Shown in pieces: positions 9,413 through 19,437 of a DNA stretch of 64,000 nt (its first letter is position 1; the number at the start of each line of letters is the position of its first letter). Location: assembly GCA_965223155.1 (NCBI GenBank), contig CBDCVR010000013.1:608001-672000 (forward strand), given 5' to 3'. The translations under genes were made by a program, and so were the position numbers. The notes under the pieces were generated by a model. That model did not search any database. It was given only the letters and a program-made list of their open reading frames with translations, and was not told the origin of the DNA. The stretch comes from Candidatus Multivoradales bacterium (GTDB lineage Bacteria > Acidobacteriota > Thermoanaerobaculia > Multivoradales > JAHEKO01).

Positions 9413-11962
9413 TCAGTGCTCCACCGGGCGGGCGCGGTCGCTCTCGCCCCTGCCCATGTGGGACCCGCCGTCGGCGACGGGACCGAGCCCGGGGATCGCC
9501 AGAGCCAGGACCTCGTCCAGACGCTCGACGGGATGAATGGTCAGCGTCCGCCGCACCTCGGCCGGAACGTCCTCCAGATCCGGCACATTGGCCTTGGGCA
9601 GAAGAACCTCGCGCAAACCGGCGCGCACGGCGCCCAGAACCTTCTCCTTGACGCCACCGATCGGCAGCACCCGGCCCGAGAGCGTAATCTCGCCGGTCAT
9701 CGCCAGGTCGTGCCGCGCGGGCCTGCCAGTCAGAGCCGAGGTCAGGGCGGTCGCCATGGTGACGCCGGCGGACGGCCCATCCTTGGGCACCGCTCCCGCC
9801 GGGACGTGGATGTGCACGTCCCGCCCGCTCGAGGGCTCGGCTTCGAGCTCCCAGCCCAGCTCTCCGGCCCGCGATCGCGCATAGCTCCAGGCGGCATGCG
9901 CCGACTCCTTCATGACATCGCCCAGCTGGCCGGTCAGGACCAGGTTTCCCTTCCCCGGCATGGTGGTCACCTCGACGAACAGAATGTCGCCGCCGACCGG
10001 GGTGTAGAACATCCCGGTGGCCACCCCGACCTGGTCCACGGAGGCCGCCGTCTCGGGGTGAATCTTGGGGCGGCCCAGTAGCTCGCGGACCCGCTCCCGG
10101 TCCACCTCGACTCGCTCGTCGTCCCCGGCCGCGATGCGCCGGGCGACCTTGCGGCAGAGGCGGCCGATCTCGCGCTCGAGCTGGCGCACACCAGCCTCGC
10201 GGGTGTAGTGGGTCACGACCTCGGAGAGAGCCTCGTCCGCGAGCTGGATCTCGGAGGCCTCCAGGGCCTGCTGCCGGCGCTGCCGCGGCACCAGGTAGCG
10301 CTTGGCGATCTCCAGCTTCTCGTTTTCGGTATAGCCCGAAAACTCGACCAGCTCCATCCGATCCAAGAGCGGTCCCGGAATGTTCTGCAGATAGTTGGCC
10401 GTGGCGATGAAGAGCACCTCGGACAGATCGAAGGGAACGCCCAGGTAGTGGTCCACGAAGCTGTCGTTCTGGGCCGGGTCCAGAACCTCGAGCAGAGCCG
10501 CGGCCGGATCGCCCTGGTACGAAGCGCCCAGCTTGTCCACCTCGTCCAGAAGGAAGACGGGATTCCGGGTCCCGGCCTGCTTCATGCCCTTCAGGATCCG
10601 GCCCGGCATGGCGCCGACGTAGGTGCGCCGGTGACCGCGGATGTCGGCCTCGTCCCGGGCGCCGCCGAGCGAGATGCGAACGTATTCGCGGCCCATGGCG
10701 CGCGCGATCGAACGGGCGATCGAGGTCTTCCCGACTCCGGGCGGCCCGGCGAAGAGCAGGATCGGCGCCTGCTTGGGCTCCTCGTGCGCCGCACCGTGCC
10801 GGATCTCGGCATCGGCATCGACGTCGGCGGAGTCGCCGGAGTCGGCCGCCGAGACCTCCTCGACTTCAGGATCGCCTTCCAGCTCGCTTTCGAAATTGGC
10901 CTTGCGAACACTCCCTGTCTTGGCCGGCGTCTCCCGCCGCCGCAACTGATGCACCGCCAGGTACTCCAGGACCCGGTCCTTGACGTCCTGGAGACCGTAG
11001 TGGTCCCGATCCAAGACCGACGAGGCTCGGGGCAGATCCAGATGCTCCTCGCTGCGTTCGTTCCAGGGCAGCTCGGCAACCACCTCGAGGTAGTTGCGCA
11101 GCACCTGGTACTCCATCGACTCGCGGTTCATGCGGCCCAGACGCTTGAGCTCGCGATCCACCTCCTTGCGGGCCGCCTCGGGAAGCTCCAAAGCGTCGAG
11201 CGTCTCGCGCAGCTCGTCCACCTCCTCGGCGTCGTCACCCTCGCCCAGCTCGCGCCGGATCGCCTTGAGCTGTTCCCGCAACACCATCTCGCGCTGGCGA
11301 TCGCCCAGCTCCTGCTGAACCTGGTTCTTGATCGACTCTTGCGCGTCCAAGACGCCGATCTGGCGCTGGACGTGCACCAGGACGCGGCGCAGCCTCTCCT
11401 CCACCGACAGGGTCTCGAGCAGAGCTTGTCGATCGGCTGGCTCGATCTCGAGATAGCTGGCCACCAGATCGGCCAAGCGTCCGCCCTCGTCGGTGGCGTC
11501 CAGAATCTGCGCCACCATCTCCTCGGGCAGACCGGCCTTGCGGCCCAGCTCGGCGGCCCGGTCGCGGAGCTCCCGGTAGAGCGCCAGGTAAGCAGCGTCG
11601 GCAGCGTCCGACGGCTCCATCTCCTCGGCCGGCCGCACCACCGCTTCCAGATACCCGTCCCGCTGGCTGATGCGGAAGGCGATGCCGCGCTGATCCCCCT
11701 CGAGGAGAAGCTGCACCATGTTGCGGCCTTGCTGCAGATGGCCCACCCGGGCGATGGTACCGATGGTGTAGAGCGACTCGGAGCTCACCTCCGAAGCGTC
11801 GTCGCGCTGGGCGACGGCGAAGACCAGCTTGGACTCGGCGGCGACCGCGGCTTCGATCGCCTTCAAGGTGCCCGGGCGGCCGGCCCGGATGGGCGCGGTG
11901 ACTCCGGGAAACATCACGGTCGCCCGCAGGGGCAGGACCGGCAGGGTCAACGTATCCGACAT
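9413..11962 (-). CDS. lon: ATP-dependent protease La (Lon)
   Basis: LON N-domain LPVLPLR, Walker [22 protein letters not shown], catalytic [15 protein letters not shown]. Confidence 0.97.
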   Translation of the reverse strand: MSDTLTLPVLPLRATVMFPGVTAPIRAGRPGTLKAIEAAVAAESKLVFAVAQRDDASEVSSESLYTIGTIARVGHLQQGRNMVQLLLEGDQRGIAFRISQRDGYLEAVVRPAEEMEPSDAADAAYLALYRELRDRAAELGRKAGLPEEMVAQILDATDEGGRLADLVASYLEIEPADRQALLETLSVEERLRRVLVHVQRQIGVLDAQESIKNQVQQELGDRQREMVLREQLKAIRRELGEGDDAEEVDELRETLDALELPEAARKEVDRELKRLGRMNRESMEYQVLRNYLEVVAELPWNERSEEHLDLPRASSVLDRDHYGLQDVKDRVLEYLAVHQLRRRETPAKTGSVRKANFESELEGDPEVEEVSAADSGDSADVDADAEIRHGAAHEEPKQAPILLFAGPPGVGKTSIARSIARAMGREYVRISLGGARDEADIRGHRRTYVGAMPGRILKGMKQAGTRNPVFLLDEVDKLGASYQGDPAAALLEVLDPAQNDSFVDHYLGVPFDLSEVLFIATANYLQNIPGPLLDRMELVEFSGYTENEKLEIAKRYLVPRQRRQQALEASEIQLADEALSEVVTHYTREAGVRQLEREIGRLCRKVARRIAAGDDERVEVDRERVRELLGRPKIHPETAASVDQVGVATGMFYTPVGGDILFVEVTTMPGKGNLVLTGQLGDVMKESAHAAWSYARSRAGELGWELEAEPSSGRDVHIHVPAGAVPKDGPSAGVTMATALTSALTGRPARHDLAMTGEITLSGRVLPIGGVKEKVLGAVRAGLREVLLPKANVPDLEDVPAEVRRTLTIHPVERLDEVLALAIPGLGPVADGGSHMGRGESDRARPVEH

Positions 11963-12146
11963 GATGGACCTTTCTCGATCTTTCTTGATCTTGTTCCTGG
12001 CATCCCCGACCTGGCGCTTCTTGCCGCCTCCGCGGGGCTAGGTGCGCCTGAAGAAGGAGCGCCCGCGCGGCGCGGTGCCGCGTACCCCACTACAAGCTGC
12101 CGCTGACGGGAAAAATTCCCAGACCGGAGCCAGCCGGAGCCAGCGC

Positions 12147-12152
12147 TAGAAT
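12147..12152 (+). promoter_or_regulatory. Putative -10 TAGAAT, 6 nt before ATG 12159 (leaderless)
   Basis: TAGAAT-GCGCCG-ATG; no SD. Confidence 0.55.
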
Positions 12153-12158
12153 GCGCCG

Positions 12159-12935
12159 ATGCGCTACGCCAGCCACGCGTCCGGAGGCGGCTTCGGCCTG
12201 ACCGGGCCGGTGCCGACCGACGTCTGGGTCCTGCTGGGAATTCTTCTCGCCACGCTCTCCTGCCGCTTCTTCAGCGCCCTTGCCTGGCTCCCCCGGCTGC
12301 TGGAGCTGGCCTCCACGGCCTGGAGCTCGAGCCAGATCTGGAGGATCGCCACGTACCCGTTCGCCGCCACCGGCTCCGCCGGCCTCTGGTTCGTCCTCGA
12401 GCTCCTGATCCTGTTTCTCTTCGGCCGCACTCTTGTCTACCAGCTGGGCCGCAAGCGGTTCTGGCGCTTTCTGGTGATCACGTCGATTCTGGCCGGCGTG
12501 GCGGCGGTGGCCGTGGACGCCGCCGGCCATCTGCTCGCGGGACCGTCCGCGTTTCCGTTGGCCTTCGTTCTCATGCAGGGGCAGCGCATGGTCCTGGCGC
12601 TACTGGTCGCGGCCTTCGCGCTCCTAAACCGCAACGCGACCATCCTGCTCTTTTTCGTCCTCCCGGTTCAGGCCAAGTGGTTCCTGCTTCTGGAGGCCCT
12701 GTTCGCGTTCCTGGGTTTCTTGACCACCCACGACCTACCCGGACTCGTCGGATTGTGCGCGGGCATCGCGGCGGCCTGGCTGCTCCTTACCCCGGGCGCC
12801 TCGGTGGCGAGCGCGGCGCGCGAGCTCTGGCTGCGGACCCAGGAACGCTGGTTCCGCTTCCGCCTGAATCGCCTCAGGAAGAAGCGCGGCTTCGAGGTGC
12901 TCCAGGGCGGCCGCGACGACGACCGCATTCACTAG
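12159..12935 (+). CDS. Rhomboid-like intramembrane protein, probably catalytically inactive
   Basis: QIWRIATYPF WR motif, about 6 TM helices, ILLFFVLPVQAKW; no GxSG or catalytic His seen. Confidence 0.65.
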   Translation: MRYASHASGGGFGLTGPVPTDVWVLLGILLATLSCRFFSALAWLPRLLELASTAWSSSQIWRIATYPFAATGSAGLWFVLELLILFLFGRTLVYQLGRKRFWRFLVITSILAGVAAVAVDAAGHLLAGPSAFPLAFVLMQGQRMVLALLVAAFALLNRNATILLFFVLPVQAKWFLLLEALFAFLGFLTTHDLPGLVGLCAGIAAAWLLLTPGASVASAARELWLRTQERWFRFRLNRLRKKRGFEVLQGGRDDDRIH

Positions 12936-12942
12936 TGCACGG

Positions 12943-13701
12943 CTAGGACACGGCCGGCGGGCCCCCGAGCAAAGCCGCCGCCTCCCGGTCCAGAAGCCAC
13001 TCCGAAGCCGGCGCCTCGGCGGCAACGCGGGTCGCAGGTAGCACCGGATCCTGGGACACGAGCGCGCCGAACACCGCTTCCGCCTTGCGCCCGCCCCGGA
13101 CCAGAACGACCACCCGCCGGGCACGCCGGATGAGCTCGTAGGAGAAAGTGACGCGCTCGCCGACGCCGGCGGGACTCGACCCGGCCTCCACCAGGGCGCC
13201 GGTTTCCCGCCGGTCGGCCGCGACGGGCGGCGCCGGCGGAAAGAGCGAGGCCACGTGACCATCCTCGCCCAAGCCGAGCAGAAGTAGATCGAAAGAGCAC
13301 TCGGACGTCTCGGCCTGCTCGCGGATCTCGTCCTCGTAGCGCCGGGCACACTCCGGTGCCGAGCGATCCGTCATGGGGACAAAGATCCGCTCCGGAGCCA
13401 CGCCGAGCGGACCCAGGACCACGGTCCTGACCATGCCCACGTTGCTCTCCGGGCTGCTCTCGGCCACCAACCGCTCGTCGCTCCAGAAGTAGCGGCAGCG
13501 CCGCCAGGCGCTCAGCTCCTCGGGATCCGTGGCGAGCCGTTCGGCGATGCGCCGGTACACGTCAACCGGCGTCGAGCCTCCGGCCAGGGCCAGCAGCGGC
13601 TCGGACCGGTCCGCCGCCGCCCGCGCGACCAATTCCAGCAGTCTTCCCGCGGCTGCGTCCACGAACGCGATTCCGGAGCCGAAGACACGAACCGAGGCCA
13701 C
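12943..13701 (-). CDS. pgl: 6-phosphogluconolactonase
   Basis: ALAGGSTP, FWSDERLV, SN, FDLLLLGLGEDGHVASLFP, RVT, GRKA. Confidence 0.92.
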   Translation of the reverse strand: MASVRVFGSGIAFVDAAAGRLLELVARAAADRSEPLLALAGGSTPVDVYRRIAERLATDPEELSAWRRCRYFWSDERLVAESSPESNVGMVRTVVLGPLGVAPERIFVPMTDRSAPECARRYEDEIREQAETSECSFDLLLLGLGEDGHVASLFPPAPPVAADRRETGALVEAGSSPAGVGERVTFSYELIRRARRVVVLVRGGRKAEAVFGALVSQDPVLPATRVAAEAPASEWLLDREAAALLGGPPAVS

Positions 13702-13722
13702 AGCTGCGAGCCCGGCGTCCGA

Positions 13723-15378
13723 TCAGCGATTCAGTAGCTGGCGGAGGAGAAAGAGCGCCCGGCGCACGTCGCCATCGGGCTGCACCCGCACCAGGCGCCG
13801 TCCGGCGGCGACCAGCGCGGCGGCGTCGCCGTCGGCCTGGGCGGCCACGATCTTGCCCAGGGATTCCTCCCGGCCCGGAACCAGAAGATCGGCCATCGGC
13901 GCCGGCTGGATCTGCAAGAACACGCCCTGGCTCCCGCCGCCCTTGTGAAGCTGCCCGCTCGAGTGCAGGTAGCGCGGGCCGTAGCAGGCGGTCGTGGGCC
14001 GCCCCGACAGCTCGTGGACCCGGCGCTGGAGCTCGGCAAGCTCCCGGTCCATCTCCACCGACGGCGGGGCGTAGGTGAGGATGGCGAAATAGTCGCCTTC
14101 TCCGGCCGATCCCAGCCAATCGGTTAGAGCGACGGACAGGCGATCCCGGTCGCCGGTCGAGATCGATTCAGGTAGCGGCTCGGATTCCTGGTCGGCGGGG
14201 TCCGGACCGTCCAAGACCCGCTGGGTCGCCTGCTTGGCGGCCTCGACGTCGGGCTGATCGAAGGGATTGACCTCCAGCACGGTCGCGGCCATCGCCACCG
14301 CAAGCTGCCAGCGAAAGAACTCGCCGCCAAGATCGTAGGGATCGCGCAGACGGACGGAGATCGTCGGGTGCCCTCGCTCCTCCAGCTCCTGGAGCCAGCC
14401 GGCCAGGGCCTCCGGGGGGTCGCCGAGAGTCAGACTGACGAAGATCCGGTCGTCGCCGTAGGCATCGGCTGCGGCCCTGGGTTCCCCGACGATCGGCACG
14501 AGGCCCTTGCCCTCCTTGCCCAGGCTCTCGGCCACGAGCTGGTCCAGCCACAGGGGAAACGCAGTCAGGGGCGGCGTTGCCAGCAGGGTCAGCTTGTCCC
14601 GGCCCGCCAGCGCCAGCTCGCCCAAAGCGGCACCTAGCTCCAACCCCGGGCTGGTCAGGTTGCGGAGGCACTCGTCCTCCATGGCGTGCGCCCTGCGCAG
14701 GATCTGTTCGATATCCAGGCCGCTCAGCGCGGCCGGCAGCAAGCCGAACACCGAGAGGGCGCTGAAACGCCCGCCCACGGTCTCGTTGCCGCGGTAGACG
14801 CCGCGGAACTCGTGCTCAACGGCAAAGTCCTCGAGCGGCGATCCGGCGTCGGTGATCGCCAGAAAGCTCTCCCCCGGCCGGCTCGACCAACGGCCGAAAC
14901 AATGCAGCAGCACGTCGGCCAGCGCCCGCGTCTCGAGTGTGCTCCCGGACTTGCTCGACACCACGCACTGCCAGCCGTCGCGGCGAACCTGGTCCACTAG
15001 CGGCCGGACCGAGTCGGGATGGGTCGTGTCCAGAACCGTCAACCGCCGCTCCGCCGGTGGTCGAAAGCAATGCTCCAGAACCAGGGGTGCCAAGGACGAG
15101 CCGCCCATGCCTACCAGAATCGTGTGCTCCACGCCCCGCGACCGAGCCTCTGCGGCGGCCTCGTGAAAGCCATCCAGCTCGAGCCAAATGTCCTGGGGCA
15201 GATCCAGCCAACCCAGCCGCGAGCTCACGGCCTCGGCGTCGGCATAAGGCCACAGGCTCGGATCCTTGGCGCGCAAGCAGCCGCGAACGTCGGCCGCCTC
15301 CCAAGCGGCCAAGCGTTCCTTCACCGCTTCGCCGAAAGAGCCCAGGCGAAGCCACTGCTCCGGAACCGTCGCGCGCAT
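13723..15378 (-). CDS. pgi: Glucose-6-phosphate isomerase (type usually found fused to transaldolase)
   Basis: LGWL, GMGGSSL, SSKSGSTLET, VGGRFSALS, QLVAESLGK, NPFDQPDVEAAK, GPRYLHSSGQLHKGG. Confidence 0.88.
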   Translation of the reverse strand: MRATVPEQWLRLGSFGEAVKERLAAWEAADVRGCLRAKDPSLWPYADAEAVSSRLGWLDLPQDIWLELDGFHEAAAEARSRGVEHTILVGMGGSSLAPLVLEHCFRPPAERRLTVLDTTHPDSVRPLVDQVRRDGWQCVVSSKSGSTLETRALADVLLHCFGRWSSRPGESFLAITDAGSPLEDFAVEHEFRGVYRGNETVGGRFSALSVFGLLPAALSGLDIEQILRRAHAMEDECLRNLTSPGLELGAALGELALAGRDKLTLLATPPLTAFPLWLDQLVAESLGKEGKGLVPIVGEPRAAADAYGDDRIFVSLTLGDPPEALAGWLQELEERGHPTISVRLRDPYDLGGEFFRWQLAVAMAATVLEVNPFDQPDVEAAKQATQRVLDGPDPADQESEPLPESISTGDRDRLSVALTDWLGSAGEGDYFAILTYAPPSVEMDRELAELQRRVHELSGRPTTACYGPRYLHSSGQLHKGGGSQGVFLQIQPAPMADLLVPGREESLGKIVAAQADGDAAALVAAGRRLVRVQPDGDVRRALFLLRQLLNR

Positions 15379-16496
15379 CAGACCGTTACGCTAGCGCTGG
15401 AAGCTGCCAAGGCGGTTCTCTTGGCCTCGAGCGCGGCCAGCAGACGATCGAACGGCACCGCGAACTTGGCCAGCCCATCCCGTTGCAGCTCTTCGGTGAC
15501 CGCCCGCAGATCGATTCCCAGCTTCGTCAGCCGGTCGAGTTGGCCGCGAGCCTCGGCAATCCCTTCGGTAAGGGTCGCCGCCGCCTCGCCATGGTCGCGA
15601 AAGGCGGCCAAGGTCTTGGGCGGAATGGTGTTCACGGTCTCGGCGCCGATCAGCTCTTCCACGTACAGTACGTCTCGGTAGGCCTCGTTCTTGGTCGACG
15701 TGCTGGCCCAGAGCACCCGCTGCGGCCGGGCGCCGCGGGCCGCGAACGACTCGAAATCCGCTCCGTGGAAAATCTCCAGGAAGCGCTGGTAGGCCATCTT
15801 CGAGTTGGCAATGCCTATTGCGCCGAGAAGCTCGGCGGCGGCGGTATCGGTCGCGGCGGCTAGCTGTTTGTCGATCGCCGTGTCGACCCGGCTGACGAAA
15901 AACGAGGCTACCGAGGCCACCCGTGACGGCTCCTCGGCCCCGGCGAGCCCCCGCAGGTAGGCCTGGGCCACCGCCTCGTAGTGCTCGAGCGAGAACATCA
16001 GCGTCACGTTGACGTTGATGCCGCCTCCGATCAGAGCCTCGATCGCGTCGATGCCGGCGGACGTGGCCGGCACCTTGATCATCAGGTTGGGTCGGTCGAC
16101 CTCGGCCCACAGACGGCGCGCCTCCTCGAGAGTGCCTCCGGTGTCGGCGGCCAGGTGTGGCGAAACCTCGAGGCTGACGTAGCCGTCGGCGCCGCCCGTG
16201 TCCCGGAAGACCCCGGCCAGCAGGTCGGCGGCCATGCGAATGTCGTCGATCGCCAGCCGCTCGTACAGGCGGACGCCATCGATGTCGGGCTCGCCGGCGA
16301 GAATCTCGCGCATCGCTCCGTCATACAGATCGCTCTGGCCGATCGCCTGCTCGAAGATGGCCGGATTGCTGGTCAGACCGGAAACGCCGTCCTCGGCGAT
16401 GAGGGCAGCAAGCTCACCGTTCTGCAACAGGTCCCGCCGGATGTAGTCCAGCCAGATCGCCTGCCCGCAGCGGACCAGCTCCTGCAATCGATTCAT
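15378..16496 (-). CDS. tal: Transaldolase
   Basis: GQAIWLDYIRR, TSNPAIF, VSLEVSP, NLMIKVPAT (Schiff-base Lys), NVTLMFS, SFFVSRVD, LWASTSTK; start set to ATG 16496. Confidence 0.95.
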   Translation of the reverse strand: MNRLQELVRCGQAIWLDYIRRDLLQNGELAALIAEDGVSGLTSNPAIFEQAIGQSDLYDGAMREILAGEPDIDGVRLYERLAIDDIRMAADLLAGVFRDTGGADGYVSLEVSPHLAADTGGTLEEARRLWAEVDRPNLMIKVPATSAGIDAIEALIGGGINVNVTLMFSLEHYEAVAQAYLRGLAGAEEPSRVASVASFFVSRVDTAIDKQLAAATDTAAAELLGAIGIANSKMAYQRFLEIFHGADFESFAARGARPQRVLWASTSTKNEAYRDVLYVEELIGAETVNTIPPKTLAAFRDHGEAAATLTEGIAEARGQLDRLTKLGIDLRAVTEELQRDGLAKFAVPFDRLLAALEAKRTALAASSASVTV

Positions 16497-16646
16497 GTGA
16501 TCTCCCGGTGTCGATGACGTTGGCCGCGCGGCTCGGCGTTTCCGACAGCCATCCAGACAGCTATCCAAGCAGGCGCCTGCCGCGCCGTCGCGCTACCGCA
16601 GCGATGGTACCACCGCCGCCGGCCCCCCAGATCGGTGGCCCGGCCG

Positions 16647-19132
16647 CTAGAGCCGCACGCGCCGGAGCCGGAGCGCGTTGCCGATCACCGAAACCGAGCT
16701 CAGGCTCATGGCCGCACTCGCCAGCATTGGCGACAGCAACCAACCCAGTACCGGATAGAGCGCGCCGGCAGCCACCGGAACGCTCAAGGTGTTGTAGGCA
16801 AACGCCAGGAACAAGTTCTGACGAACGTTGGTGAGGGTGGCCCGGCTCAACCGAACCGCCCGGGTCAATCCGTCGAGATCGCCGCCAGCAGAGTCACGCC
16901 CGCACTTTCCATCGCCACGTCGGTGCCGGTCCCCATGGCGATGCCGACGTCCGCCCGAGCCAGAGCGGGCGCGTCGTTGACTCCATCCCCGGCCATCGCG
17001 ACCACCCTTCCAGCCGCCTGCAACGTCTCCACGATCTCGAGCTTCTCCTCCGGAAGCCGCTCGGCCTCCACCCGCTCGATGCCCAGCCGCTCGGCCACCG
17101 CGGCCGCGGTCGCGGCGCCGTCACCGGTGACCATGACCGGTTCCAGGCCGAGCTCCCGGAGGGCGGCGAGACTTCCGGCGGCGCTTGCCTTGATCGGATC
17201 TCCGATGCCCAGAATCCCGGCCAGCTCGTCGTCCACGGCCACGAAGACCACGGTCAGGCCTTGGCCCCTCCAGGCGGCGACGCCGCCTACCGGCGCCGGA
17301 TCCACGCCCAGCTCGCGGCACCAGCGCTCGCTGCCCACGGCCACGCGCCGGCCGTTCACTCGCCCCTGGACGCCCCGCCCGGTCTCGGAGGCGAAGTCTT
17401 CGGCGACGAGGACGCCGGCGGCGCCTTCCCGCTCGGTTGCGGCGCGGACGATGGCCTGCCCGAGGGGATGCTCGCTCGCCCGCTCCACCGCCGCGGCCCA
17501 TCGCACCACCTCGTCCTGCGTCCAGCCCCCATGGGCCTCGACGCCCTCGACTTCCGGGCGGCCCTCGGTCAAGGTGCCGGTCTTGTCCAGTACAACCGTA
17601 TCGGCCTTGCCCAGGACCTCCAGGGCCTCGGCGTTCCGGATGAGGACGCCACTTTGAGCGCCTCTGCCGGTTCCGACCATGATCGACATCGGAGTCGCCA
17701 AGCCCAGTGCGCAGGGACAGGCGATGATGAGGACCGCGACCGCATTGACCAGCGCGGTCGTGAAGCTGGGCTCGGGACCCCAGAGCAGCCAGACCCCGAA
17801 GGTCACCGCCGCGACGGCCAGAACCGCGGGCACGAAGTAGCCCGCCACCCGGTCGGCCAGCCGCTGAATCGGCGCCCGCGAGCGTTGCGCCTCGGCCACC
17901 AGCGCGACGATTCGGGCCAGCAGGGTGTCGCCGCCGACGTGGCGGGCGGTCATCTGGAACGAACCGGCGCCGTTGACCGTGCCTCCGATCAAGGAGTCGC
18001 CCTGGGTCCGCCGTACCGGCACCGGCTCGCCGGTCACCATCGACTCGTCGACGTGGCTCTCGCCCGACAGCACGACGCCATCCACCGGTACCCGGTCGCC
18101 GGGCCGCACCAGCAGGCGGTCCCCCACGGCGACCTCGGCCAGCGGCACCTCGACGGCGGAACCGTCACTCCCGACCCGGCGAGCCACGGGAGGCGCCAGC
18201 TGCAAAAGCTCGCGCAGAGCGGCGGAGGTCTTGCCCCGCGCCTTCAACTCCAGCACCTGCCCCAGCAGAACCAGGGTCACGATCACCGCCGCCGCCTCGA
18301 AGTAGACCGGCAGCCCGCCCTCGTGTCCCCGCATCGAGGCCGGAAACAGGCCGGGAGCGGCGAGTGCCGCCAAGCTGTAGAGAAACGCCGCCCCGGTGCC
18401 CAGCGCGATCAGGGTAAACATGTTGAGCCGCCCCGTCCGGACCGACTGCCAGCCGCGCTCGAAGAAGGGCCAGCCCCCCCAGAGCACCACCGGCGCCGCC
18501 AGCACGAGCTGCGCCAGCGCGAACCAACGCCCCGGGAAGAGGCTTCGGACCGCAAGCCCGGGAACCATCTCGGACATCGCGAGCAGTAGCAGCGGCAGGC
18601 TGAGCGCGGCCGAGATCCAGAACCGGCGGCGCATGCTCACCAGCTCGGGACCCTCCGCGGGCGCCGCCTCGACCCGGCGCGCCTCCAGGGCCATGCCGCA
18701 GATCGGGCAGGCGCCGGGGCGCTCGGACACCACCTCGGGATGCATCGGACAGAAGAACTCGGCCGCGGGCACGTCGATCGCCGGCACCACCGGCTCCAGA
18801 GCCATGCCGCACTCGGGACACGCGCTCGGGCCCAGCGACTCGACCTCGGGATGCATCGGACAGGTGTGGAGGACGCCGGCGAGCTCGGCATCGGGCCTCC
18901 CGCGATCGTCGCCCGCCTTGGCGGGATCCGCCGCATCCAGATACCGGCCCGGCTCGAGCTCGAACTTCTGCAGGCAGGATTTGCAACAGAAACCGTACCG
19001 CTCGCCTTCGTGAACGGTCGCGTGCCGGGCGGCATCGAGGTCAACGGTCATGCCGCAAACCGGGTCGCGTGTCTGGCCGGCCCCGCGGCTGCCGCAGCAT
19101 CCGTGCTCCTCCGCTTGCTTCGTGACACTCAT
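16647..19132 (-). pseudogene. copA: Cu(I)/Ag(I) P1B-type ATPase (CopA-like), frameshifted near 16885; a true pseudogene or a sequencing error
   Basis: YHS domain, two CPMHP..CPxCGM heavy-metal-binding motifs, TGE, CPC, DKTGT, GDGVND; the C-terminal TMs with AYN and AMSLSS lie in another frame (16647-16868). Confidence 0.88.
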
Positions 19133-19437
19133 CGGTAGGGCTTCCTTGGACCTCTCTCTTGTTCGAGCGCCACCGGGGCGTAGGCCAGCGCGCTCGGACC
19201 TGCCTTCGTTCAACCGTCTCCTCCTCGCAACAGATCCGGCGCCGGCGTCATTCCCGGGCGCGCCGGCTTGACGACCCGAGCCTATCTGGAACTTCCGGTC
19301 CGGATCCTCCGATCTGGATCTTTCGGTCCGGATCGTCCGGTCCGCATCGTCCAGCCGACATCCTCAGAGACCGGAGACCAATGCGGCTCCGCCGAGCGTA
19401 TAGACTTCGACCGCGCTTCAAGCGCTATGGAGGCATC

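Noticed and set aside
10208-12106. 632-aa plus-strand ORF and many other long overlapping ORFs (e.g. 32720-34228, 45780-47660, 21303-22880)
   Set aside because: Antisense or alternate-frame shadows of well-supported genes, expected at high GC; no recognisable motifs.
16860-16900. Programmed ribosomal frameshift in copA
   Set aside because: No X XXY YYZ slippery site; the known E. coli copA frameshift is near the N-terminus, not here.
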